A DNA stretch of 62,474 nucleotides, the filler included, from an uncultured bacterium (GTDB taxonomy: Bacteria; Hinthialibacterota; Hinthialibacteria; Hinthialibacterales; Hinthialibacteraceae), in NCBI GenBank assembly GCA_964449065.1. It is 8 parts of 8 records of this genome, joined end to end, with 100 filler letters (N's around TTAATTAATTAA, not from the genome) between each part and the next. Parts side by side here need not be neighbours in the genome. Positions count along the whole stretch, not along the records: positions 47,243 to 54,828 come from CAYVAZ010000254.1; positions 54,929 to 62,474 come from CAYVAZ010000255.1; 6 more parts are not named here. One strand, written 5' to 3'. Position 1 is the first letter of the stretch. Every line of letters begins with the position of its first letter. Of this stretch, positions 50,283-59,350 are shown piece after piece. The notes below the pieces were generated by a model. The model had not been told where the DNA came from, did no database searches, and was given only the letters and a program-made list of their open reading frames with translations. The position numbers and the translations under genes are program-made.

Positions 50283-51563
50283 TCAATCACTTCGAACGAT
50301 GCGAAAGCCGTAACTGCGGCCTTGCTCGCCTCCAGAACGGGGAAAACGGTGCGCGACCCGGGCATAATAGGCGCTAAAGTTCCACGATCCGCCTTTGAGA
50401 ATGCGCAAGTGCTGATCATAGAGAGGGTTGGATACATTTCTGCCGGAATGGCTTTCAAAAAAACCGGACACCCACTCAAACGCGTTTCCGGCCATATCTT
50501 CTGCCCCAAATGGACTGGCCCCGCGAAATTTCAGCCCCACAGGTGTGGTACCCCTTCGCTTTGATTCCCATGTGTTGGCTTTTTCCTTATCGAATTCGTT
50601 CCCCCAGGGGTATTCCCATTGATGATGGGCTTTGGCGGCACGCTCCCATTCCGCTTCAGTAGGCAGACGCGCTCCCTTCCACTGACAATACGCGTCGGCG
50701 TCTTCAAACGATATCCAAACCACGGGATGTTTTTCCAAACCCGCCGGGAGGACGCCTCCATCCCAGTGCGGTGGAGGGGGATAATTGGCGGCTTCAACAA
50801 ACTGTTTGTATTCGGAATTGGTGACTTCATACTTGCCGATGTAAAAGGCATCCACCAGTTTCCGTACAACGGGTTGTTCTTCCTTATCCCCTGTTTCCGA
50901 ACCCAAAAAGACTTCTCCCGCTGGAATATAGACCATTCCGGGATATTTATTCAATATGCGGTCCGGTATCTCACCGTTTTCTTTTAGAATAAGTGATTTG
51001 GTATTCCCGCTGTTTTCTTTAAAGACCTCTTCTATTACTCCCCGCCCCCAACTTCCGAAGAGTTCGGTTTCCGTAAGAGTGGATTTGGTGCGATAAACGG
51101 AATTTAATATTTTTTGTTCTTTGCAGTCAATTAAACGCAGCGTCATTTCAAATTTTCCGTTTTCGCGGTGAATGTTGCCTGCCAATACCTGGTCGGCGCC
51201 CAAAATGTTTCCCATCGAAATAAAACAAGGCAGATCGAAACAAGGCAATTTGAATTTATTTTTTTTCAGAATGGCAAGCATGGAGGAACGGCTCAGGACG
51301 CGGTAAGTCCCGCTTTGTTCAATTTCCCGCCGCATGAATTCACTAAACGCGTTGGCTTCCGCAATGGAGGATTTCTCTTTGACGGTACGCAAATCGGTTA
51401 TGACCAATAAGGGAACCGGTTTCGCGGAGGAGTTTGGCACGCCGGCAGTAAAAAAAAGAAGGCATAGGCAAACAAATGCAAGAAGAGTTAGAAGGCGGAA
51501 ATTCTTGCGGTTACCGTCCCCGCGTCTGCGCGATAACCCGTTCCAGATTGGTACGTGCCGCAT
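50283..51563 (-). CDS. FGE-sulfatase (SUMF1-type) domain exported protein with an N-terminal CsgG/TolB_N-like domain; start uncertain
   Basis: MVYIPAG, F.IGKYEVTN, HPVV.IS..DA..YC.W, RLPTEAEWE.AA, DMAGN..EW, GGSW and GFR. Confidence 0.85.
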   Translation of the reverse strand: MRHVPIWNGLSRRRGDGNRKNFRLLTLLAFVCLCLLFFTAGVPNSSAKPVPLLVITDLRTVKEKSSIAEANAFSEFMRREIEQSGTYRVLSRSSMLAILKKNKFKLPCFDLPCFISMGNILGADQVLAGNIHRENGKFEMTLRLIDCKEQKILNSVYRTKSTLTETELFGSWGRGVIEEVFKENSGNTKSLILKENGEIPDRILNKYPGMVYIPAGEVFLGSETGDKEEQPVVRKLVDAFYIGKYEVTNSEYKQFVEAANYPPPPHWDGGVLPAGLEKHPVVWISFEDADAYCQWKGARLPTEAEWERAAKAHHQWEYPWGNEFDKEKANTWESKRRGTTPVGLKFRGASPFGAEDMAGNAFEWVSGFFESHSGRNVSNPLYDQHLRILKGGSWNFSAYYARVAHRFPRSGGEQGRSYGFRIVRSD

Positions 51564-52272
51564 TGTGGTTGGGATCCAATTGAATGGTTCGCTCAAAGTA
51601 GAGACGCGCGGTCTCATATTTTTGATCGGTTGCATTGATTTTACCAAGGACATAATAAATATCCGCGTTTCTGGGGTTTAATTCTTCCGCCTTTGCCAAT
51701 TCACGAATCGCGCCGCGGTCATAAGTATGGTCATAAAACAAAAATGCCAGTTGGGCGTGGGTATCACTCATTTGTTGTACCACCCGGCGGGCAATTTGTG
51801 AGTCGGGTTCCATTTCCAAAACCTCCTGATACGAAGCCAGCGCGTTGCGGTATTTTTCTTCGGCCCGGTATTGTTCCGCTTCCGAGATTTTGGCGTTCCA
51901 TTGGGCTTGTTTACGCTCATGCACAATGGTTTGGATGCGCTGGCGCGCGCGTTGATGACTCTCGTTTCGCTGAACGACATGCTGATAATCCATTAATGCC
52001 GCGTCTTCGTTGCCTTTTTCTTCATGAAACCGCGCCCGGCGGTAGTAATATTCTTCCCGCGGTTCACGCTCTATTTTTTTGATGCTGCTTTTATCGACTT
52101 TTACATATTCACCGGCTACGGTTTCAAGCACCAAAACCAAGCTGGAGTCTTCCAGTACCCGGCCCTCCACAATTCGTGAATAGGTATAAATGACATCCCC
52201 TTGCACTGGAACGGATAGTACGATAACAAAGAATCCCCATAACCATGCTGTCAACCTACGCGGTTTGTACAT
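51511..52272 (-). CDS. Exported TPR protein
   Basis: Signal peptide ending VQG|D, a small D.I....IEG.V domain, then TPR repeats. Confidence 0.82.
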   Translation of the reverse strand: MYKPRRLTAWLWGFFVIVLSVPVQGDVIYTYSRIVEGRVLEDSSLVLVLETVAGEYVKVDKSSIKKIEREPREEYYYRRARFHEEKGNEDAALMDYQHVVQRNESHQRARQRIQTIVHERKQAQWNAKISEAEQYRAEEKYRNALASYQEVLEMEPDSQIARRVVQQMSDTHAQLAFLFYDHTYDRGAIRELAKAEELNPRNADIYYVLGKINATDQKYETARLYFERTIQLDPNHNAARTNLERVIAQTRGR

Positions 52273-52681
52273 GACATCCCTTCCGTTTGTTGTTTGCTAT
52301 TTCTTTCCTTTACTGACGTTACGCGTTTGTTGCGATAATTCTTTATTTTTATCACTCGCTGCATCTATCGCCCTCGCCCTTTGGGAGAGGGATGGGGTGA
52401 GGGTTTTTGGTGAAAATCACCTCTAATTACGCTGTTGCGTCAAAGGGAGCAACCGCTCTCTTCGCCCTCATCTCTTATCTTCTCCCAGAGGGAGAAGACG
52501 ATAGATCATAGCGTTTAACTTAAAAAAGTTGGCCTATGACCAAATTTTTCTTTAAAGTAGTAGTAGTCAAACAGCATTTTGAGAAACATACGTTTCTTTA
52601 GTATACTCACAACCAGCAAGATTCGTCAAATTGTTTTACGGGAGAAATCGTAAGTGTGTGGAAGATGGCTAACGCGATGAT

Positions 52682-54064
52682 TTAAAACCAATACTTCAAA
52701 GCGATGATGGTCGCGTCGCCCTTGTGCCACCATTCCCGTGGAATGATATTGGGATCGATCAATGTCGCTTTGATAAGACTGATTGTAAGAACGGCAATAA
52801 AAAAGACCCGTTGTATCAATTCCGCTTTGGGCAAACCGTTCCGTTCCGCAAACAAACGGGGGGCATACCACCAGGCCGCGCAGGCAATCAAAAACCAGCC
52901 CGGCCATACGATGGATAAATTGCGCGAGAAAAAGACGGCTTGGTTGGTCATCAAAGCAAAAAACGCAATGCAGCCGACGAGGGTAGGCACCAACAATTGA
53001 TTCTGATTTTGATAGGCCGGATGCTTCCAAAAACCGCAAAATGTTAAATATCCCAAACAGAGTAGTGAAGATATAACGCCCACCCAACTGTATTGTTCCG
53101 TCAAGCAGCGAAAATACACCCACGCCATTTCCAACCCCGGTTCAAAGGTGTTGTAATCGCGGTGCCCCACTTTAAAGTACCAGACCTGTTCCAGCACGTG
53201 TTGAATAAAGCGCGAGAGTTCTTCAAACCAGTAAGGTGAAAGCAGGGTAAAGCCAATGCTCATGGCAATCCAAATGACCGGCAGCGCGATGAGCATCTTT
53301 TCCAAACCAAAACGGGTGCCGGTAGGGAGGTGTTTTAGCGTGTAGATTCCGTAGATGATTGGGATGATCAGAAACGTTCCGGCGTTGTATTTACAGGCGA
53401 CCGCTAATCCGGTGATGAAAGACAGCACACTCAAGCGAATCAACCACTGCCATATCGATTTTACCGGAGGGCAGGAGATAAAAAACGCCAAACATGCCAG
53501 CGTCAGCGCGCAAAAGAATGCCGTGGTTGAATTGACGGAAACATAAACGGAATCGCGGATATTGGCATCGCTGAACGCGAGCAGCAGGCTTGCCCCCAAC
53601 GCGGGGGTTAGCATGTTAAGCCGCCAGCCGATATAAGCCAGCAGCAGCATTTGCGCGGGAATGAGCAATACATTAAACCAGCGCACTTTATACTTGAAAC
53701 TATCCCAATGTTTTGAGACTTCCGGGTTCTTATATAACGAATGCTGCATGGGATTGGGGTAGTTCTTTTTAAACCGAGTGATTGGCGCTTCATCTCCCTC
53801 GATGGGATTCCCCCCTACTTCTTCGCTTAATTGCGCCAAAGCGATGATATTCCACGGGACACAGAGATACATGGTTCCAGTGGGGTGATAGAAAAAGCGG
53901 GGATTGAGGTCGCCGGTATAGATGATGTTCAATGCCCTGCCGATGGTGTGGACTTCGTCTTCATGCCCATCCGGTAAGAGTGGATAGCGGAGCAGCAACG
54001 CAACAATAATCGTGAGGGCGAAGGCTCCCGCCCAATACCAGGTTGATTTTTCCTTCAACATCAA
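52682..54064 (-). CDS. PMT/GT39-like (GT-C) membrane glycosyltransferase
   Basis: ALLLRY...H.DE, GDLNPRFFYHP and GLAVACKYNA; multiple TM segments. Confidence 0.8.
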   Translation of the reverse strand: MMLKEKSTWYWAGAFALTIIVALLLRYPLLPDGHEDEVHTIGRALNIIYTGDLNPRFFYHPTGTMYLCVPWNIIALAQLSEEVGGNPIEGDEAPITRFKKNYPNPMQHSLYKNPEVSKHWDSFKYKVRWFNVLLIPAQMLLLAYIGWRLNMLTPALGASLLLAFSDANIRDSVYVSVNSTTAFFCALTLACLAFFISCPPVKSIWQWLIRLSVLSFITGLAVACKYNAGTFLIIPIIYGIYTLKHLPTGTRFGLEKMLIALPVIWIAMSIGFTLLSPYWFEELSRFIQHVLEQVWYFKVGHRDYNTFEPGLEMAWVYFRCLTEQYSWVGVISSLLCLGYLTFCGFWKHPAYQNQNQLLVPTLVGCIAFFALMTNQAVFFSRNLSIVWPGWFLIACAAWWYAPRLFAERNGLPKAELIQRVFFIAVLTISLIKATLIDPNIIPREWWHKGDATIIALKYWF

Positions 54065-54248
54065 TTAACTCTCCTCCAGCGGATGCGTTACATTATTGTA
54101 TGCATTGATAGGGATTCAAGGAACAGATTATGGATCGTTTGTCGATGAGCGTATGGAGATTATCCTTAGAGAAGAAAGATAATGTGGTTTTTTTGAAGAA
54201 TTGGATTATCATAATTAATGAAATCTATCATGTAATTGTGGAATCAAA

Positions 54249-54518
54249 ATGGATATTTATGATTTGGTATTGGAAATGAAATTGCTTGAACGCCGCCTCA
54301 CTTTTTATGAAGAAAAGTACGGCATATTAAGTGAAGACTTTTATGAAGCGCTCATGGCTGGGAAATTCTCGCAATATGATGAGAATGATGAAGCACGCAA
54401 TGATTTCAGCAAATGGAAAGGTATTTTTGAGACTTGGAAACGCAGGAAAGAAGCATATGTAAAACAACTCCGCCAAAAAAATGTAACCGGTGCCATTCGA
54501 ATTCAACCCGTCACGTAA
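54249..54518 (+). CDS. Small putative antitoxin
   Basis: L..YEEKYG..SEDFY...G......DF..W pattern, recalled from antitoxins adjacent to DUF6516-type toxins. Confidence 0.6.
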   Translation: MDIYDLVLEMKLLERRLTFYEEKYGILSEDFYEALMAGKFSQYDENDEARNDFSKWKGIFETWKRRKEAYVKQLRQKNVTGAIRIQPVT

Positions 54519-54519
54519 A

Positions 54520-54651
54520 ATGTCTGAAAATCCATTGCATTCCTTAATCTCCTACAGCAGTTTTGTGGTTCATCTTCTGAACCGCTCTTCCGGTCCAAAT
54601 TTACCTTTTATCCTGAATGAGATTGAAGAAAATCATATACAGAATAAATAA
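54520..54651 (+). pseudogene. Internally deleted DUF6516-like toxin remnant (43 aa)
   Basis: MSENPLHSL.SY..FV..LL.R joined directly to PNLPFILNEIE, resembling the two termini of that family. Confidence 0.45.
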
Positions 54652-55243
54652 CTCACGTTACGCACTACATTATGATATGCCCATTTTTCTCATCGTTCGC
54701 TGCATCTATCACCCTCTCCCACCGGGAGAGGGCCGGGGTGAGGGTTCGGGAGGAATAAACCTCTAATTACGCGACTGCGTTATAGGGAGCCATCGCTCTC
54801 TTCGCCCTCATCTCTTATCTTCTCCCAANNNNNNNNNNNNNNNNNNNNNNNNNNNNNNNNNNNNNNNNNNNNTTAATTAATTAANNNNNNNNNNNNNNNN
54901 NNNNNNNNNNNNNNNNNNNNNNNNNNNNGGAGCCGTAGGCTCCGGGGGATTTTGCGTTGTTGAAAGCGTGCTTCGATCCCCCCTACCCCCCCTTAATAAG
55001 GGGGGGTAACAATGACAGTCTCTTCGTTGCGTAACATGAGTTATATATATATCTATAGGTTCAGTCAAATTAGGATTTGATGTTACGCATTGAAGATGAC
55101 AATAGCAGCAACACTAAGAAACAGAAAGTTCGCAATGCGCACAACAATTCGATTACTTCGTAAAAATTCCAAATATGAAACCTCACAATGAAAGAATTGA
55201 TTGTGGGGTTCGCATTCGCTCAACACCACCCTGCAATTCTCTA

Positions 55244-56506
55244 TTACGGCATTTCGAGCGGGACAACATGACCATTCTCATCAAACGCTAATTGATGCGG
55301 CTCGGAAATGGTTGTCACATTGGGGTGCGACATTAAATCACCCAACAACGCTTCGGAGGCTTCGATTCGGGTGAGGTTCAAGGTATCGCGAATGTGCAGC
55401 ATTCTTAACCCGTTTTTGAGATTGCCCAACGAGTTGAAGGTATGCTGCAAGAGTTCGCGGTCGTCGTCAAAGTGCAAAGGAAGATTGGAGCAAACCGTGT
55501 TTAACGATGTAATGGCGTTTAAGTACGTGGATTTCTTGTCTACCTTATCGACGGCGCGCTGGGTGCAGAAATCGGCCAGGCCGATGCCGACGGCGTTGCC
55601 TTTGGTTTTGGGGCTTAAATCCATCAGCACAATGCGGGTGATATCGGGTTTTTCCTGCCAGTGGGTGTTGATGCGGTAGCGGCGGCCGATGATGTTGGGA
55701 TCCATGCCAACGCCGCTGATGTCTTTGCCGATAAAATCCAAAACCAATACATCGGCGGATTCAACCGGCAGAGAGGGCATATAGTTTTTCGCCCGATTGA
55801 GCAGCTCCGGCTCTTTTTCCGGGATATCCTGAGCGGGAACGAAAACGATTTCAGCGGTTTCATGATAGGCGTTTTCAATGAGAGCCAATCCCCCTAAAAT
55901 TTTGCCGGTTTCGATAACCATTTTCGCCGTGGCTGGGATTAGCTCATCGAACGGGTAAGAAGTCGTGTTGTTGTGGAGGTTTTGGGCGCCTTTGATTTTA
56001 CCGATGCCCACGACCATCATTTTTTGCAGACCGCTTTCAACCTTTCCGGAAAAATCGGTGTGCGGTTTGACGCGGTTGAGGATGATAACGCCGTCGGCTT
56101 CATAAGCGGGTATATTGAAGTATACGGGAATCCCCAATTCGGTTTTTCCGATCTCTTTGGTTTCCAGGGAAGAGATAATAGGGACGCCCATGGATTCTTC
56201 GGTGATGCCGTAATCTTCGACAATTTTGCGCTGTCCTTCTTCCGTTCCCCCGCCGTGCGAGCCCATCGCGGGGAAGATAAACGGTTCGGCTCCCTGCCCT
56301 TTCAATTCATCGATGAGGGCTTTGGCGATTTCGGTTTGGTTGGTGATGCCCCGGCTGCCGATGGTGATGGCGATTTTTTTGCCGGAAAGATCGCCGATGG
56401 CTTCTTTGTGTTGGGCTAGTTGATCTTGGATTGCCGCGGCAAAATCCTCCACTTTCGGGCGGGGAAATTCTTGATCGACATAAGCCATTTTCGGTAAAGA
56501 AATCAT
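55244..56506 (-). CDS. Lactate racemase (LarA)-like / DUF2088 domain protein
   Basis: IAITIGSRGI, PAMGSHGG, NRVKPHT.F, ESGL.KM..G.GK and GKDISG.GMD.N. Confidence 0.8.
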   Translation of the reverse strand: MISLPKMAYVDQEFPRPKVEDFAAAIQDQLAQHKEAIGDLSGKKIAITIGSRGITNQTEIAKALIDELKGQGAEPFIFPAMGSHGGGTEEGQRKIVEDYGITEESMGVPIISSLETKEIGKTELGIPVYFNIPAYEADGVIILNRVKPHTDFSGKVESGLQKMMVVGIGKIKGAQNLHNNTTSYPFDELIPATAKMVIETGKILGGLALIENAYHETAEIVFVPAQDIPEKEPELLNRAKNYMPSLPVESADVLVLDFIGKDISGVGMDPNIIGRRYRINTHWQEKPDITRIVLMDLSPKTKGNAVGIGLADFCTQRAVDKVDKKSTYLNAITSLNTVCSNLPLHFDDDRELLQHTFNSLGNLKNGLRMLHIRDTLNLTRIEASEALLGDLMSHPNVTTISEPHQLAFDENGHVVPLEMP

Positions 56507-56528
56507 GATGGTCTCTCTCTAATTGAAG

Positions 56529-57878
56529 TTACGAAATTAACGAGTACATGGAACGTCCTGCCATAAACCCGATTGATAATAAGCTTATCCAAAACGCGAT
56601 ATCATAAAAGACAGACGGTTTCAACCGGGGTTCCGTATGTTGATAGCGGTAGACCACAGCCTGAAACGCGACCACCAACAAAAACAGCGCGTTGCTGATT
56701 CCCATAAAGATGACCAGCAAGAGCGGTTTTTGGACGCTCATGTATATTAAACCGCAAACGAAGGGAAATAGAAACGCCATGATGGAGATGGAAAAATCCT
56801 TTTGCTGTTTATCCTGCCAATTGATTTTGCCGCACAGGCCAAAGAAATCGGTCCACATGCGGCCGAATCCGGCGTTGTTGGCGAAGATGGTTGAAAACAA
56901 CACGGTGAAAGCGCAGATCATGAAAATCCAGCGGGATTGGTCGCCCAGCACTTCGGTGAAAATCACGGAAAGGTTATAGATAAATTCATTGTCATCGGCG
57001 ATTTGATCTTTAAAGGCATTAAGAATGGTCGCTCCTAAAATGTAAAACGCGATGGTGGATATGGTATAGACAATCATGGAAAGAACCGCGTCCAGCGTCA
57101 TGACGCGCATCCATCCTTTGGCGCGCCGAAGCCATGCTTCGCTATCTTCCTTGGGGCCGGTCCAGCGGGCATAGCCTTTTTCCAGGCACCAGTAGGGGTA
57201 CATGGCGATTTCTCCGGCCGCTACCCCGGTGATACCGAATGCTCCGGCGGCCAGAGCGAGTGATTCCGCCGGGAGTTGAAATGAGAAGCCGGAAGAGATA
57301 TCGACCGCGCTGAAGGCATAATCCGTTTGCTGCACCAAATAGGCGCATACCAATATCAAGCACACGAAAATCGCGTTTAAGATGAGTGCGGTGATCTCGA
57401 TGAAGCCGTATTTTCCGTGAAAGACCAACAGGCCCAGTATGACCACAAGCAGCAAAACCCACATGCCCACTTGTGTCCCCGGGACGATATAGGTGCCGAC
57501 CTGTGCGGCTCCGCCTAAGACACCCGCTTGTCCGGCGAAGGTGGCGAACATATATAAGAGGCCCGCGTAAACTGTCCAATGCAAGCCGCAGCATTTTGTT
57601 TTTCCCAACAAGTTCCACGATTGAAATGTGGTCATACCGTGGGTGATGCAGTGTTTGCCAAATTCCAACTGGACGACGACTTTCACCAAACAGCCCAACA
57701 GGATCACCCAGAGCAGTGTAAAGCCTGCATCCGCTCCTAAAGAAGTGGTGGCAATCAGTTCTCCAGAACCGACGATTGCTGCCGATAAAATCAATCCGGG
57801 ACCGAGATATTGCAGCGATTGGAAGAATCCGGAGGGTGGATTCTTGATCATTGGTGGTGGCGATGAGTTTGTGTTCAT
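56529..57878 (-). CDS. Nramp-superfamily transporter
   Basis: LGPG.I.SAAIVGSGELI.TT..GA..G; about 11 TM segments; YPYWCLEKGY. Confidence 0.82.
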   Translation of the reverse strand: MNTNSSPPPMIKNPPSGFFQSLQYLGPGLILSAAIVGSGELIATTSLGADAGFTLLWVILLGCLVKVVVQLEFGKHCITHGMTTFQSWNLLGKTKCCGLHWTVYAGLLYMFATFAGQAGVLGGAAQVGTYIVPGTQVGMWVLLLVVILGLLVFHGKYGFIEITALILNAIFVCLILVCAYLVQQTDYAFSAVDISSGFSFQLPAESLALAAGAFGITGVAAGEIAMYPYWCLEKGYARWTGPKEDSEAWLRRAKGWMRVMTLDAVLSMIVYTISTIAFYILGATILNAFKDQIADDNEFIYNLSVIFTEVLGDQSRWIFMICAFTVLFSTIFANNAGFGRMWTDFFGLCGKINWQDKQQKDFSISIMAFLFPFVCGLIYMSVQKPLLLVIFMGISNALFLLVVAFQAVVYRYQHTEPRLKPSVFYDIAFWISLLSIGFMAGRSMYSLIS

Positions 57879-58076
57879 ACCATTCTCCCCATACGTAGCA
57901 AAGCAATGCCGTTACCCTATCATAAAGAGGTACGTCATAGCAAGCACAACGGGAACGTTAGAGACACGGAAACATTCACAGAAACGTACCCGGAAACTTT
58001 TCTGGAAAAGGATCAACTTTTACAATAGTATAAACCGGTTAACTCAACACCAATTCTATCTGACAGGAGCAAAAAA

Positions 58077-59336
58077 ATGATTCGAAGTTTCTTGGGTATG
58101 ATGATGGCGGTGTGCTGCCTCGTTTTTACCGCCGTTTCTTCATCCGCGCAAGTTTCGATTGGTGTGATGGATGCCACCGCTATCGCCAAGGCGGCCACGC
58201 CGGAAAGTATTAAACTCATCGGCTACCGCGCGCGAATTACGCCGCAAGTGAGGGACGATTCACTTCATCAAATCGCGCGTTATATCAAAGCGTTGAACGA
58301 GGTGGACCGCGGGAAATTGAAATCCATGCAGAAGACCTTTCAAGAAGCTCTGCTGTTGTTCACCGATTTTGAGGTGTTGTTTCGCCATGATATGGAAAAA
58401 GAATTGCTGCACCGCGGCAGTATAGAAGCGGTGGATGACGCGTTGGAATCGGTGTTTACGCTGGAGGATATTCGTTCGGGTTATGAGTGGAACGATTTGG
58501 CGTATGTGTATGGATTTTTCAACCATGATGTGCCGGTTGATGATATCAAGCGTGTACGGGAAGGTTGGGAAACTATGCCGGAAGAAGAACGGGCGAAGCA
58601 ATACCCCACCTACATTCATTTGATCGACGCGGTTGTGAAACCCTTGGCCTATTGGGAGAAAGACAGCCGCCGCGAGATGAACACCGCCTTGGAAGAAGCG
58701 CTGCCCCTGTTGCATGATATGCTGTTTATGGAACCAAAACCCGGCCGGGCGTTTCACGCGCCCAGCCACGCGGCGTTGATCACCGCGCCGATGTACATCC
58801 GCTGGTTTCATGAAGCGGGTTACAATTCGCGGCTCACGCGCACCATCGGCGCCAAGACAATTTACGGCGCGAAGTTGATCGATTTGTTGTTGGGGCATCA
58901 TCCGAACCCGGAAGAGATGAAACCGGATGAGTATAAATTTTATACCGTGCGTGAATATTACCTCGCCAATGCGTTGGCCCGCTTGAACTGGCGGTATAAC
59001 GGAAAGACATCCGAACGGCTGCATAAATCGCTGGAGGTGTTTCAACAGCGGGGAGATGCCGAACGGACAATCCACGCGGTTGAGCGTTGTATGGCGGCGC
59101 TAAAAGATAAGGATATCAGAGAAAAATGGGAAAAAGATCCATTGCAATATGTGGATGATTATGTGTGGATTATCCGCAATGGCAAGCAGGAGGCGGTCAC
59201 GTATGCCACCAATATGCTGGCTTCGGTTATGGGGTGCCCGGTAGACAAAGCCTTTGAACTGTATTACAAACAAAAGATCAGCGATATGCAGCGCCGGATG
59301 GCTGCCCGCAAAAGCGATGAAAACGATCGCGAATAA
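58077..59336 (+). CDS. Secreted hypothetical protein
   Basis: AGGAG RBS; signal peptide ending SSA|Q; 419 aa. Confidence 0.75.
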   Translation: MIRSFLGMMMAVCCLVFTAVSSSAQVSIGVMDATAIAKAATPESIKLIGYRARITPQVRDDSLHQIARYIKALNEVDRGKLKSMQKTFQEALLLFTDFEVLFRHDMEKELLHRGSIEAVDDALESVFTLEDIRSGYEWNDLAYVYGFFNHDVPVDDIKRVREGWETMPEEERAKQYPTYIHLIDAVVKPLAYWEKDSRREMNTALEEALPLLHDMLFMEPKPGRAFHAPSHAALITAPMYIRWFHEAGYNSRLTRTIGAKTIYGAKLIDLLLGHHPNPEEMKPDEYKFYTVREYYLANALARLNWRYNGKTSERLHKSLEVFQQRGDAERTIHAVERCMAALKDKDIREKWEKDPLQYVDDYVWIIRNGKQEAVTYATNMLASVMGCPVDKAFELYYKQKISDMQRRMAARKSDENDRE

Positions 59337-59350
59337 ACCGGGAGAGACGA

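Noticed and set aside
50283..51563. FGE-sulfatase gene as a diversity-generating retroelement target
   Set aside because: No template repeat differing at adenines and no reverse transcriptase were seen in the window.
58260..59075. Long antisense or alternate-frame ORFs (this one, 12580-13188, 57142-57906 and similar)
   Set aside because: They are shadow ORFs of real genes, with no recognisable motifs or RBS.
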